This document shows, one piece after another, positions 25,570 through 41,382 of a DNA stretch of 64,000 nt; within the stretch, counting starts at the first letter, position 1; every line of letters starts with the position of its first letter. A program made the translations under genes and the position numbers. The stretch is from Octopus vulgaris (Eukaryota). A model generated the notes under the pieces. The model had not been told where the DNA came from, did no database searches, and saw nothing but the letters and a program-made list of their open reading frames with translations. Location: positions 83,204,001 through 83,268,000 of the forward strand of contig OX597823.1 in NCBI GenBank assembly GCA_951406725.2. Direction: 5' to 3'.

Positions 25570-25580
<11 letters not shown>
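23930..25580 (-). mobile_element. Penelope-like element (Neptune type), 3' portion
   Basis: GIY-YIG remnant, a purine-skewed terminal region, and a diverged inverted copy of about 24125-24190 at about 25510-25580. Confidence 0.78.
24680..25455 (-). pseudogene. Penelope/Neptune linker and GIY-YIG endonuclease remnant
   Basis: TLKLSYSISPNFESIVAASNKQKL...NCNCRPGTIFPL / NVIYKITV..AIYIGSTKYFKQRY..SFRYDKHRKSTTLTNHIHHLKNTNISYTLSLSIL / LLNKHNEALSTCNH. It contains stops, frameshifts and a deletion. Confidence 0.88.
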
Positions 25581-27849
<2,269 letters not shown>

Positions 27850-27852
<3 letters not shown>

Positions 27853-27957
27853 TTATTTAATCGACTCCGAAAGGATGAAAGGCAAAGTCGACCACGGCAA
27901 ACGAAATACCGCTAAGCATTTCGCTCGGCGTGCTAACCTTTCTGCCAGCTCGCCGCT
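27850..27957 (-). mobile_element. SINE family A, deleted copy
   Basis: Head and central domain motifs. Confidence 0.8.
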
Positions 27958-28009
27958 TTAAGTCTTTGTAGATATTACTGTCTTCCAGCTCTAGATCTCA
28001 TAAAACCAG

Positions 28010-28163
28010 TTACTCGTCGTCGCGTTACTCATTTGCAGGTGAGTGAACTGGAGCAGCACGAAATGAAGTGTTTGGCTCAAGAGCACAAAACATCAACCAA
28101 TCCGGGAATCGAAACCGCGATCGTATGTGTAAACACCCTAACCACCTGGCCACGCGCCTTCAC
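28010..28163 (-). mobile_element. tRNA-derived SINE with a family D-type head
   Basis: Rev-comp GTGAAGGCGCGTGGCCAGGTGGTTAGGG..GGTTTCGATTCC..CTTGAGCCAAACACTT. Confidence 0.75.
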
Positions 28164-28449
28164 ATTTAAAGTACATTTTGCTCTAAAAATCACATTCAGA
28201 AATTTACATTGTATAGGATAGCTTACAGTGACTTTCATTTCTATATGGCATTGATAATAGGTTTTATTTTTGTTTTTTGTTGTTGCTGTTTTTGCTTCTT
28301 TCTTTACAGTTTTCGTTAATTAGGAGATTAATCGTATTAAAATGATTTCAGATTGGAATCTATGATTATGTTGATTAGTGTTTTTAACAATTATATTTAC
28401 ATTTTTTATATTTATTCTTGGTATCTGTTTACATTAGTTTCAGTATATA

Positions 28450-29340
28450 CGAGATCTGATTAAATGTATCGGGACTGTTGCTATGGTAACGGAGCTAAAG
28501 TATGTAGAGTGAAGTCGCTAGACACAGATTGACCTTGAACTCTGTGGCGCATGCACACTGAGTTACAACTTTCTCTTTCACCTCCGCTATTTATAGCAAT
28601 ACTCGGAACTAAAGTGTGTAGAGTATGGTCGTCTCATAAGAAGATCGGATTTCCCGAGGACACCTTTAGATTTATGTTAAAATGGCCCGACTTGACACCG
28701 TCCAGGTGCTTGAATGAGGCGAGGAGCCTGGTCGGGCATGAAAGTTCAAAATAAAGGTAAGAGGCTGAGTGCTTCATTTTTGTTATTGAATCGTGAACAA
28801 TGTAAGCGGTTTGTTGCCTCATGAATGTATTATAAAAGATCAATGATCTCGGGTAAACAACGATCGGCGGGCGTCGCTTGTTACCCTCATTTATCATCAT
28901 TTTCATTTTTCATTTCATATAACATTATGTCTGTGTCCAGCCCGTAGCTTCCCTTCTGTTTAAGGCCTTTATGGCCAATATAATGAATAAAAGATCGGAT
29001 TTCAGCTGCACAGGCTCTCTTTGATTGTATCGAGGAAGACGATAACTTTTTCAAAACGGTCATAACAGGTAACGAATCATGGGTCTATAGCTATGACCCC
29101 CAAAACCAAGGCAGAAATCAAACTCCACTTGAAAGAAACATGATTTCGAGATGTCGATCAAATCCAAGAGAATGCGACGAGTCGGTTGCTCGCTATCCAA
29201 GAAAAGAGTTCCAAGAATGCTTCCATCAATGGGAAATACGTTAGTTAAAGTGGACTATTTCGAAGATTAAATGCTGAATTAATATGAGTTGTAGTTTTTT
29301 TTTTATACCACTTCTTCCGATACTTTTTGTTCAAACCCTG
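28450..29340 (+). mobile_element. Internally deleted mariner element with a nested insertion
   Basis: TA-flanked degenerate TIRs. Translates to DNFFKTVITGNESWVYSYDP (ITGDE motif) and KLHLKET*FRDVDQIQENAT..FQECFHQW..DYFED*. Confidence 0.82.
28654..28990 (+). mobile_element. Insertion with a 13-bp TSD, probably a non-LTR retrotransposon 3' end
   Basis: AAGATCGGATTTC at 28641-28653 and 28991-29003, with an A-rich AATAA end. Confidence 0.7.
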
Positions 29341-30348
29341 TATTGGTGGTTTCTGGGTAATGTTTATGTATATTATTCGGAGTTAATAATTCCAAATTTA
29401 ATTTTTTCCCTAGCGTTAAGATTATCATGTCCTCAGAGTACACTAATTTCATTCTGTAGCCATTGTTGAACTGATTTATAACAATGTAAATAAATATCTC
29501 ACAAATCACAGCCTCCTGTCTGATAAAAAATATTCAGGACGCATTGGATATTATTATCTTATATTAATCTTATATATCAAAGATCAATCTTCCAGCGCAG
29601 ATCAATTTCCCACATATCACACTGTCATTTTCTTTTAAATGTAGGACACATTGGAGTATATAGTGTTTACAAGTTTAAAAAGTTTAAGACCATATAGTTT
29701 TCAGGCGATCTTTCAGAGAAAGTCTATCAAAACTGAAAATATTTGTTCGGCAATTTGTCTGGAACCGTTCACTTCTCACTCCCAGTAATCTAACCCGCAC
29801 TTCTATCTCTATATCTTCTGTCATCTTTCTCACTTGTCACTTTCATTCTTTTCTATGAATTTATCCACCTGTAAAGTTCTTGTAAGATTATTAGAATGTA
29901 ACGAACTCCGATACGTTGTGTAATTTCATGGTGTGATTTATGACAAGTATTTTTCTTTTTGCTCTCCCATCCATGCTCTCTCTCTCCCTCTCCCTCTCTC
30001 TCTCTCTCTCCATATATATATATATATAAAATACAGTGTACATTTGAACACATTAAGAGGTTTCCATCATAGGAATCATTTACGCTAGAAAGGACAGCTA
30101 AAGTCCAAACCTTAATTAGTGTTTAAAATCACTGTATTTTATATGAATAATATAAAGTCTATTGACTAATTTTTCTATACGCTAGGCCACTGGTAGTAAA
30201 CATTTCTAAAATCTTTATTACCCTGATATTATTTATGTATATATATATATATATATAAATTATAAAAAAATTTTAAATTTTATAAATTTTTAATTACTTA
30301 AATCTTTAAAAATTTTTATATTTATATATATATATATATGTATATGTA

Positions 30349-30444
<96 letters not shown>

Positions 30445-30447
<3 letters not shown>

Positions 30448-30890
30448 TATTTTTAATGAAGATATCCTAGAATTTGTAGGATTGAGTTGGATCAGTTAAT
30501 AATAATAATAAGAGGAAAATAGCCTGAGGATTAAGTATTAGGTATAGCTTGCTGGATTTATGTATTAGGTATACCCTGGTAAAACAAACCACCAGCGCTG
30601 AAACACGTGTAGCGTTGATTAATATTATCTTCTTATCTCCACAGACTAATAACAGGTAAGGTATGTATAGTTTTTTAAAATATGTTTAAACAATTTATAA
30701 TTAATTCTAATGTATTTTATTCGTATTGTATGTTATTGTAGGCATTATAATGCTTAAATTATTAGATTAGTATTTTGGATATAATTTTCTATGTATACTC
30801 CAGTAAATAAGGTTGTCCTGAAATTGAAGTTATGGTCCTATTGGTAAAATCCCAAATTTGTAATAATAATACTATGATATAAAAATATAT
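30445..30890 (+). mobile_element. Probable Penelope-like pseudo-LTR with a degenerate hammerhead and a candidate intron
   Basis: CTGAGGA (30524) ... GAAAC-ACGT-GTA (30600-30611). GT-AG at 30656-30741. Flanked by TA tracts. Confidence 0.5.
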
Positions 30891-31799
30891 ATATATAAAA
30901 GTTGGTCATAGTTGGGAAGTCATAGATTATATATCTTCCCGACCATTTCTGACCTGGGATTAAAGTATGTCCCTTCTTTTAAGCCATTTCATCTTGTATT
31001 TGACCAATGCTAGCTAGCTATTTATTAAAGCAATGTTGTTACATTACAAGCTTGTCGACATTTATGTGTCCAGCACAATGAAATTAAAACCCAGTCGGCT
31101 GCTGTGCGGATAGTGCAATAAAAACCAATCGCTTTCTATGCATATCTCTCACAAAGCAATATGAACTTGGGCCAAGTAATTGGAGATGAAACAGAGGAAA
31201 CTTTAACATACTACCAATACAAAATCAATATTTGTTCTGGCTTCATTACAAATTTAGCTGAAAATTTAATCCTTCTGTCAATCAATATATTTTCCCCACC
31301 GTTTCGTTTTCTGTTTTTTTGTATGGTCTGCTTTTTTGCTTGCTACAGAAGCCCACGATTGGTATACCTCGGATTATGGAGTTTGAACAACCGCAGTATT
31401 TGATAGTCACAATCGCTTATTGTTTTATTTCTTTTCCTGTTTCTGGTTTTTTTTTCTATTATTTTCTTTTCCATTGCTTAATTTTATAGCTGCTCTCGTC
31501 ATTTTTACTGTTATTTATCTATGTTGTATTGTAACAGCTACCGACAATGTCTCCAAGGTTCTGACTAATTTTTAAGGGTCGTACTTAGCTCTACGTTAAA
31601 TGGAGAAGTCTGCTCTAACTTATACAGAATATCTGACATCTGTAAACTGTTATCTATTACCGACATAAATTGAAACTCGTAAAGTTAATTCGTTTTGGCA
31701 AATTATACAACAAAATGCGTGCAATGAAATAGAACTCAAGAACTGGAAGATCCTTTCAACCATTTTGGTTATTTCGTTTCTAGTAGTCGCTGTTACTGT

Positions 31800-32297
31800 T
31801 GAAGATAATCACCAGCATCATCATCATCATGATCATCGTCGTCGTCGGCGGCGGCGTTACGGTTGTTGTCTTCGTCATCATCATCTTTACCAATGGGCAT
31901 GACCATAATGATAACGGCAAAGACAATGAAAACGGCGGGGGTGATAGTAGTGACGATGATGATGATGATGATGATGATGTTGATGACGAGGATGACGACG
32001 ATGAATATGATGGTGTCCAGGAAGAAGATGATGGTAGTGAGGGCAGGGATGGTGATGATGTGGGTGATGATGACGATGACGATGATGATGTTAATGATGA
32101 TAATAATGATCATAGTAGTGGTGGTGGTGGTGGTGGTGGTGATGATGGGTAGTGTGATGGTGATGATGGTCGTGGTGGTGGTGGTGGTGGTGGTGGTGAT
32201 GATGAAGATGATGTTGGTGGTTGTGATTGTGATGGTCGTGGTCATGGTCGTGATAGTTGTGGTAGTTGTGAGGATGAGCATGATGATGATGACGCCG
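31800..32297. repeat. (CAT)/(GAT)/(GGT) trinucleotide low-complexity region
   Basis: Directly visible. Confidence 0.9.
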
Positions 32298-32426
32298 TAA
32301 TCACTCTAGGAAACGAAGTTCGCGATACGCCAACCTGTTGAGCAGCTACAGAATAAATTTTTGCAACGTAATATCTTTCTCAATTAAATGTCTGTCTATC
32401 TATATATCTATTTATCTATCTATTAT

Positions 32427-32800
32427 AGGCGTGGTATAGCCGGATTCTCTAAAAGCTTGCTTTGCGACCACCTGGTCCCGGTTTCGATCCTACTGCCTGA
32501 CATCTTGGGCGAATGTCATTTCTCTATAGCTTCCTACCGACGAATAATTTATGAGTAAAATTGCTCGACGGAGACTGTGAAGAAGCCTTTCAGATGAGTT
32601 ATTTTTTAACAGATGAATCACAGTTTTGTCACACACTGTGTCACACTGTGTCACACTGTGCCACACTGTCCCACACCCATTTTGCCTGTGAATTACGTTA
32701 AGAGTAGACGGCTCTGTAGAATACTCAACCACTTACATCTTAATTCAGGAACAGATTATTCAGTTGAACGAATAACTAAATCCTTAGCATCGAAGGAAGG
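32427..32800 (+). mobile_element. Decayed SINE pieces (family B head, family C tail)
   Basis: GGTTTCGATCC..CTTGGGCGAATGTC and TACGTTAAGAGTAGACGGCTCTGTAGAATACTCAACCACTT. Confidence 0.6.
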
Positions 32801-33265
32801 AGATCCACGATCAAATCAACATATCGATCACATTTGTTAATCAACGTGTCTCGCATTCTGTCTTACTATTATTCTATTGTTGTTATTCCAGTTTCTTTAT
32901 ATTGTAATCATTGTGATTTTTCCCTAAGACTGCTCTGTTCGACCAACCCTATGACTGTGGGTTAACATCACAGCTTTTATATTGTTTAATTTTTCTGCCT
33001 ATTTTTTGAAGACAGTATAATGTGTTTTGTACGAGGTTTGGTTACTATTACTAGGATGTCAAGCGACTACATACAAAATCCACCCACTCGTTCATATTCA
33101 CATCATTAATACCCCTTATACCCCTAGAAAGAGGTTCTACATCATATTTTTCAAACACTACAAATTTCAAATTTCATGTCTATAAATGGAATTTATTTAA
33201 GCCAACCAATTGGCGAGATAATCAATAACCACATAGAAGCTCAACTCGCTATTTTGAATATTCGT

Positions 33266-33480
33266 AGGCGGTGATCTGGCAGAGTGGTTACCGTGCCGGA
33301 CAAAATATTAAACTGCATTTCTTCTGGGTTTACGTTTTTAGTTCAAATGCCGCCAAAGTCGACTTTGACTCTCATCCTTTTGGGGTTGATGAAATAAGTA
33401 GTTGGTAAGCACTGGTTCAATGATATCGATGTACTTCTTCCCCTTAAAATTGCTGGCCTTGTGCCAAAATTTGAAATCAT
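33266..33480 (+). mobile_element. SINE family A, older copy
   Basis: Head and central domain. Confidence 0.8.
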
Positions 33481-33570
33481 TATTTTGTATTATGGGGACA
33501 TAAACGAAACAACACTGGTTGTCAAGTAGTGTGCGAGGTCAAACATAAGCACAAAGATAGACAATATAGA

Positions 33571-34322
33571 TATATACGTATATAGATATACGTACCTATA
33601 TCTATACATGCATATACGGGTACAGAACACCAAACAAAAACGTCGAACACAATGAGAAATGAAAACAAAAACAAAACCATGGAAACGAACATTTTTTTAA
33701 ACAACGAAAAAACAGAGTACATGACATACAACACAAGGAAATTCCCCTTCTTCAGCTGCGTCTGCTTCGTCTACTCCGTGTTTCGAAGGTAAAGGCGAGA
33801 CACGACTTCATTGAAACAGTCCTTCCCGCAAAGCAAATTAAATAAAATTGGGGATTTTTTGCGGAGGGGTAAAAGTGGTAACAAAAACAGGTCAGTAATA
33901 ACAATACAAATAAAAAAAGTAAAAGACAGGACAAGGAGAATAACAGTAACACAAACAGTAAGGGCTGTTAAGCCTGAACGAAAGGAAAAATTATTTTGAA
34001 CGCTTTGAGAACGGCTTGAGAGAGGGACAGAAAAGGCCGTCTACTCTTGTTGGATGCAGTAGTCAGAAAGACAGTGGCCCTCTGGTCACGTGTCAGCGAC
34101 GAGAGCAGAGGCGGCTGAAGAAAGGAAATTTTCCTTGCGTTGTATGTCTTCTTGTACTCTGTTTTTTCGTTGTTTAAAAAAATGTCCGTTTCTATGGTTC
34201 TGTTTTTACGTTTTCGTATCTCATTGTGTTCGACGTTTTTTTTTTTTTGGTGTCCTGTACCTATATATGCATGTATATATACATATTGATGTAGGTACGT
34301 ACATATATCTATGTATATATGC
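33571..34322. mobile_element. Inverted-repeat element with about 200-bp arms and about 325-bp spacer, possibly an inverted Penelope pLTR pair
   Basis: 33571-33771 is the reverse complement of 34098-34322. Confidence 0.8.
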
Positions 34323-35240
34323 ATATGTTTTATTTATTATTTTGTTATTATATGATGGAACGCCACGCATCCACTTCCAAGTAAGTTTTATATATATATA
34401 TATATATATATATTCTTATATATTCTTTTATTCTTTTACTTGTTTCAGTAATTTGACTGTGGCCATATATATATATATATATACGATGGGCTTCCACACA
34501 GCAAGTCTGCTCTTGGACACAGCTATCTTAATAATTTTGAAATAAAGGAAAGTTGGTCTTGACTGGAACGTCTTTGATCATAAGCCAGTTTAATCAAGGC
34601 TTCTATAGAACTAAACTATTTCGCTACGGATTTCGAGAAGAATTGATTATGGCTAATCATCGTCTTTATATGATGCGAGATATTAAAGAGAAACCTCAAA
34701 GAAATTTGTATTTGTCTCGGTCGGCTTCGTTATTGAGTTCAGGCATTTGGGTTTCAGTTCCGACTGTCTGTGCCTAAGAGAGGAGGAGTTTGATAGGCTG
34801 ATCGATTTTTTAGAAATAGCAGTCAAATTTCCCTTTTATTACATCCTAGTATCTTGAAGATAAAAAGTGCATATGGGATAATCTGCTGTTTGCTATATTA
34901 CGCCGGAGGAAAGTAGAGATGGTTGCGGTTGGTATACCTTTTTTGCAGGTCTAGCCGACGAGGTCTGACTGGTGGCAGGGGCGGTAAAAATCTACAAAAA
35001 AACATATGAGCTAAAGAGTAAACTTCTTTCTCATTACTTGACCTGTTAGAAATAGCATCTAAATGTATTTTTCAACCAATATTCTATACAAACAATATAC
35101 AAGTTAATAAATAACGGTGTTCTTCCTCTTTCCCCAATAAATTCACATACATCCACATACATACACATAAACTCACACGTACATACACATATACATATAT
35201 ACACATATACTCACACACACATGCACATAGACATATACCG

Positions 35241-35277
<37 letters not shown>

Positions 35278-35569
35278 ACACACACACAAACGTGAACACC
35301 TCTGATTAAAATCTATTTGGCAGTAAGATCTCAACCATTTTATAAATACTTTGTGCTTTGTAGGGTTAAGTCAAATGCATTCTTTCACAGATAGAATTTC
35401 ATTATTTCTCTTTCTTTAACTGTCAATTCTATCTTTGTTTTTTATTTCCTTCTTTCATTTTATTTCTCTTTCTTTGAATAATAAATTACTTCATTAATTT
35501 GAAATTCGAAATAAATAAATAAATTAAAGAGAATTTGTGTTCGATTTGGCTTCAGTGTCGTAAATAACG

Positions 35570-35775
35570 GTTTTAAGTTTTGGCATTGGGCCAGCAGTTT
35601 TTGATGGAAGGGTGTAAGACGATTACATTGGCTCAGTATTTGACTGGTACTTATTTTATCGACCCCCGAAAATAAAAAAATTCAAAGTCGACTTCAGCGG
35701 AATTTGAACTCAGAACATAAAGACAGACAAAATGTTGGAAAGCATTTTGCCCGGTGTGCTAACGATTCTGCAAGT
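35570..35775 (-). mobile_element. SINE family A
   Basis: Consensus motifs. Confidence 0.8.
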
Positions 35776-36066
35776 ATACCAACTTCAATGCCCAAATTAT
35801 TAATTTCTTACCTTTTTTCTATCAATCACACCTTTTCTGTTTTTATTTTATTTTATTTTATTTTATTTGAACGTTTAAATAAAAAAAAACAGTGAATAAG
35901 AGATAAGAAAACAAAAAAAGAAAAAGAAAAAAGTGAGAGAAAGTAGCGGAAGATGGAGGAAGAGGCGGGGATGGGACACATATCCCAGAACAAATGGTTT
36001 TCCCAGCTGCGCCCCACGGTAATGACTGCAATGGCATTGCTGCAGAGATTCGCCAGCGGCAGTCTC

Positions 36067-36482
36067 TGCGGTGAGCTGGCAGAAACGTTAGCACGCAGTG
36101 CGAAATGCATAGCGGTATTTCGTCTGCCGCTACGTTCTGAGTTCAAATTCCGCCGAGGTCGACTTTGCCTTTCATCCTTTCGGGGTCGATTAAATAAGTA
36201 ACAGTTACGCACTAGGGTCGATATAATCGACTTAGTCCATTTCTCTGTCCTTGTTTGTTCCCTCTGTGTTTAGCCCCTTGTGGGTAGTAAAGAAATAGGT
36301 ATTTCGTCTGCCGTTACGTTCTGAGTTCAAATTCCGCCAAGGTCGACTTTGCCTTTCATTCTTTCGGGGTCGATAAATTAAGTACCAGTTACGCACTGGG
36401 ATCGACGTAGTCAACTTACTCCATCTGTCTGTCCTTGTTTGTCCCCTCTATGTTTAGCCCCTTGTGGGCAATAAAGAAATAA
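36067..36482 (+). mobile_element. SINE family A, dimeric form
   Basis: Same dimer junction as 14444. Possible diverged TSD GAGATTCGCCAGCGGCAGTC / GAGACTGGCCAGCGACATTC. Confidence 0.92.
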
Positions 36483-36707
36483 GAGACTGGCCAGCGACAT
36501 TCGCGGCAGCAGCCACTGCACTTCATGGGGCCAATTCTCCTACAGACCGCCGTTATCCCTATTTTGCGGAGTAATTCGATAGTAAAGGATCCGAGAACAA
36601 CTGGCGCAGTGGGACTGATCCATGAGGTTGAGAATCTAGCCCGTGGTAGACATGAGAGGCTGGTTCTATTCCAGATTCGTTAGAACCTTTTTTTTTAAGT
36701 TGCATAC

Positions 36708-37205
36708 TGAGGCCGATGTAATCGACGAGCCCCTACCCCACAACATTTCAGGTCTTGTGCCTATAACAGAGAGGATTATTATCATTATTACGGCGGTGAG
36801 CTGTCAGAATCGTTTGAATATCAGGAAAACGAATGCAATCGATTGGTAGACATGTTAGAGCATCGGATAAAAAATGTCTTACGATATTTATTCCGATTCT
36901 AAGGCGGTGAGCTCGCAGAATCGTTAGCACGCCGGGCGAAATGTGTAGCCGTATTTCGTCTGCCGTTACGTTCTGAGATCAAATTCCGCCGAGGTCGACT
37001 TTGCCTTTCCTCTTTCGGCGGTCAATAAATTGAATACCAGTTGCGTACTTGGGTCGATGTAATCGACTGGTTCCCTCCCCAAAAATCTCAGGCCTTGCAC
37101 CTAGAGTAGAAAAGGATATTTATTCCGATTCTTTAACATTCTGAGCTCAAATCACGATGAAGTTAACTGTGCCTTTTATTCCTACGACGTCGGTAAAATG
37201 AAGAA
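36708..37205 (+). mobile_element. Nested cluster of SINE family A copies, the youngest at about 36903-37115
   Basis: The young copy is flanked by GATATTTATTCCGATTCT at about 36883 and 37115 (TSD) within an older copy. Confidence 0.85.
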
Positions 37206-37324
37206 CTGCTCAAAGAATTAGTAATTTAGGCATAGATTTACAGCAGTTACCAAAGAATTGGTTGAATCAATACCCTCGACCCTAGCATTCTGACGAAAAC
37301 TTGATCTCGGCAGATTTGCAGGCG

Positions 37325-37750
37325 GACTGGTACTCATTTTATCGACCCCGAAAGGATGAAGGACAAAGTCGACCTCGGTGAAATTTGAACTCAGGATGTA
37401 CAGACAGAGGAAATCCCGTTAACCATTTTGCCCGGCGTGATAACGATTCACTAAGATCACCACTTTATAGTTGTAATATGTTGGTGTTGTTGCTGTTGTT
37501 GTTGTTGTTGTTGTCTTCGTCACCGTTGTTGTAGTTATTCTTTTCTGTTCTAGGTACAAGGCCCGAAATTTTGGGGGAGGGGGCCAGTCGATCAGATCGA
37601 CCCCAGTACGCAACTGGTACTTAATTTATCGACCCTAAAAGGATAAAAAGCAAAGTCGACCTCAACGAAATTTGAACTCAGAACGCACAGACATACGAAA
37701 TGCCGCTAAGCATTTTGCCCGGTGTTTTAACGATTCAGCCAGGTCACCAC
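37325..37750 (-). mobile_element. Two SINE family A copies
   Basis: Consensus motifs on the minus strand. Confidence 0.85.
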
Positions 37751-38104
37751 TTGATGTTGTTGCTGTTGCTGTTGTCTTCTTCTTCATCTTCTTCTTCTTC
37801 TTCTTCTTCTTCTTCTTCTTCCAATCAGGACTCACGCCATTAGCCACAAAGAATAATCTCTAATTCGAGCCTAGTCTAAGCTACCAAGAATGCGTGTGAC
37901 AGCTTGAAGATCCACCCACTACACGGGATAAACTGGTGGTTGCACGGGCATGAAAGCTACGTTGTTATCCTCATTCCGTAAACGGTGGCTTTTAACGGGT
38001 GGAGAGCTGAACCATCCTGGGGTACACAGGATTCGTAATCTAGACTAGGGTCTGAAAGTTTACCACACTATAGTGGGTTACACCATGGTTCCTCTACTTT
38101 GTGG

Positions 38105-38663
38105 CAGAAGTAGGAAGAAAGAGTGAGAGAAAGTTGTGGTGAAAGGGAACAGCGGGGTTCAAATTTTGGCACAAGGCCAGAAACATCGGGGAGGGAGCAA
38201 GTCGATTACATCACGCACACACCCCACCCCCGCTGGAAACTCGTGGAGCTTAGGTGTTTTTGCTCAATAAACACTCACAATGGAAGCACTCCGTCGGTTA
38301 AGACGACGAGGGTTCTGGTTGATCCGAATCAACGGAACAGCCTGCTCGTGAAATTAACGTGTTAGTGGCTGAGCACTCCACAGACACGTGTACCCTTAAC
38401 GTAGTTCTCGGGGATATTCAGCGTAACACAGAGAGTGACAAGGCCGGCCCTTTGAAATACAGGTACAACAGAAGCAAGGAAGTAAGAGTGAGAGAAAGTT
38501 GTGGTGAAAGAGTACAGCAGGGATCACCACCATCCCCTCCCGGTGCGTCGTGGAGATTTAGGTGTTTTCGCTCAATAAACACTCACAATGCCCGGTCTGG
38601 GAATCGAAACAGCGTTCTTACGACCGCGAGTGCGCTGCTCTAACCACCGGGCCATTGCGCCTA
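38105..38663 (-). mobile_element. SINE family C: full copy at 38283-38663 plus a partial copy holding a family A tail
   Basis: GAGTGAGAGAAAGTTGTGGTGAAAG occurs twice. tRNA-like head at 38590-38663. Confidence 0.88.
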
Positions 38664-38926
38664 CACTGTTGTTGTTGTTGTTGTTGTTGTTGTTCCTTCT
38701 CTTGTAGTTGCTGTTGATCCTGCTGATGTTTTTTTTTTCTTGTTTCCGTCGTCATCGTCGTTCTTCTCTTCAGTATAGTTTGAGTCGATTGTGTTAAACG
38801 AGCAGCCAAGACTGTGACTATTGTTGTCAATGTCCATACAGAAGTTGTTTGATGTTTTTGACGCTAATGCCTCTGCTGAATGCAGTGCATGAAGGACACT
38901 TAAAGTAAAAGGTGGGGATTTCAAAC

Positions 38927-38981
38927 TATGAAGATGATAATGATGACGACGACGACGATGATGATGATGATGATGATGATT

Positions 38982-39047
<66 letters not shown>

Positions 39048-39336
39048 GTGGTTATGGTGATGATGGTGATGATGATTATGATGATGATAATGATGATGAT
39101 GGTGGTGCTGGTTATGGTGATGATGATGATGATGGCAACAAAGCCAAAGACGATGATAATAACCGACGAAGACGACAACAAAAGCTCGTGCAGATGATAA
39201 TGATATTCCTGATGCTGCTTATGATGTGGGTGGTGGCGGCGGCGGCGGCGGTGGTGGTAGTGGTGGTGGTGGTGGTGGTGGTGGTGGTGGTGGTGGTGGT
39301 GGTGGTGTGGTGGTGGTGGTGGTGGTGGTGGTGGTA
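38927..39336. repeat. (GAT)n/(GGT)n trinucleotide repeats
   Basis: Directly visible. Confidence 0.95.
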
Positions 39337-39508
39337 GTAATCTCAATGTTTATTATTCTTGCTAGGAATTTATTATTATAACAACGCATTTATAAAAAAA
39401 ATAATAATAAAAACCATAATGCCCAGCTCTCCTTCAGTTCATTACAGTGAATGTCCATTCAAACATCATGGACGTTAAATATTATCCGTTTATCAGCCAC
39501 AGCCTAAA

Positions 39509-39578
<70 letters not shown>

Positions 39579-40214
39579 GTGTGCTTTCTTTTCTGCTTTT
39601 GATTTTGTCTCACAGTATATTTATTTATTTTGTGAGTAAATTGTCACACTTCTGCGATTTTTACTTTATCTCAGTCTGAAATTTCCTACGAATTTTTCTT
39701 CTTTTTTCTTCCCATTTTCCTTCCCTTTTTATCCATGCATTTAACTAACTATTAAAATCAATTCAAGAATTCTTTTACGTTATGTTATGGAGCAGCCATT
39801 ATATTGTCTGCTGTCCGTTGCCACTCTGCAGCACCATGTTCAACTGTTAGTAAACACAAACAAGTCCTATTTTTTAAATTTTATTTTCATTTTTACGTTG
39901 CTGAATTTCTTTATCATTTGCTCATTGTGTTTGACTTCTTTAATCTGCCAATATTTCTTTGAAGGAATGGTTAGAAAATCATGCATTTCCATATATTTTA
40001 TTGTTACCTTACTAGTGTTTCCTTTCTTTTTTTCCTTCTATTTTTTTTTGGTTTTTGTTTATTGTTACCTTCTGACGAAATTACTATTCATGTTTACACA
40101 TGTATAGAAATATCAAACAATCTCTGCAAAGACACACGTTAGCCACAGGTATTCAAGCATACATGCATAAGCCACCATAATTTACATGTGCGTGGCTGTC
40201 TACACCTGCGCATA

Positions 40215-40695
<481 letters not shown>

Positions 40696-41382
40696 CTACT
40701 ACTTAGAATTACGTCTGCAAACATTCACACTCTAAACAGTATATATCTACATATATGTTTCGACATATATAAAGACATACTCATAGAAAAGCTACATTCG
40801 GAAAACAGTCATTTTTAGAGTGACTTATATACACATTTTTAATCATTCTGTGTGCATGCTTGTGAACGGATGCACAATTAGATACGCATACAAGCAACAA
40901 AACACGCATGCGCACCACTCAGATCTGTAAAATAAAGCATACATCGTTATAAAGTCATTTACGTATACTTTTTTTTTCGTATGTTTTTAAAATTAAGTCT
41001 TTGAAGAATTCTAACAGACTTTTGAAGCACAACATCAAGCATATCAAAAACTCCAAGAACATAGTCGGAGCTACAGACAAAACAGAAAACTGATATTAGA
41101 CAATCACATACAAATATAAAAGTTTTCTCTGCAGCAATATGCCAAATACATAAAATAAAAACATTACCCCGTTCACTCGATATACATAGAGGTTTGGGCT
41201 TCTACGTATATCGAGCTAAAGGTACATTCTGCGAATATCAGATTTAGATATATATGACAGATTTGAAAGCCTACATTCTTCAGACCTCACAAACCAATTC
41301 AAGATGAAATGCAGGTTATTTAATTTTACAAAAGCTAAAGTCCGTATGCTAGGCAAAATTTTGGAGAAAGAAAATTTCGTCG

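Noticed and set aside
31793-32300. Poly-D/poly-M/poly-T ORFs resembling acidic biomineralisation proteins (also 38912-39346)
   Set aside because: These are trinucleotide low-complexity tracts open in overlapping frames on both strands, with no unique coding context.
35950-36690. GC-richer unique sequence split by a SINE, as a possible exon
   Set aside because: After removing the SINE, the frames I read are short or unrecognisable, so I cannot support a call.
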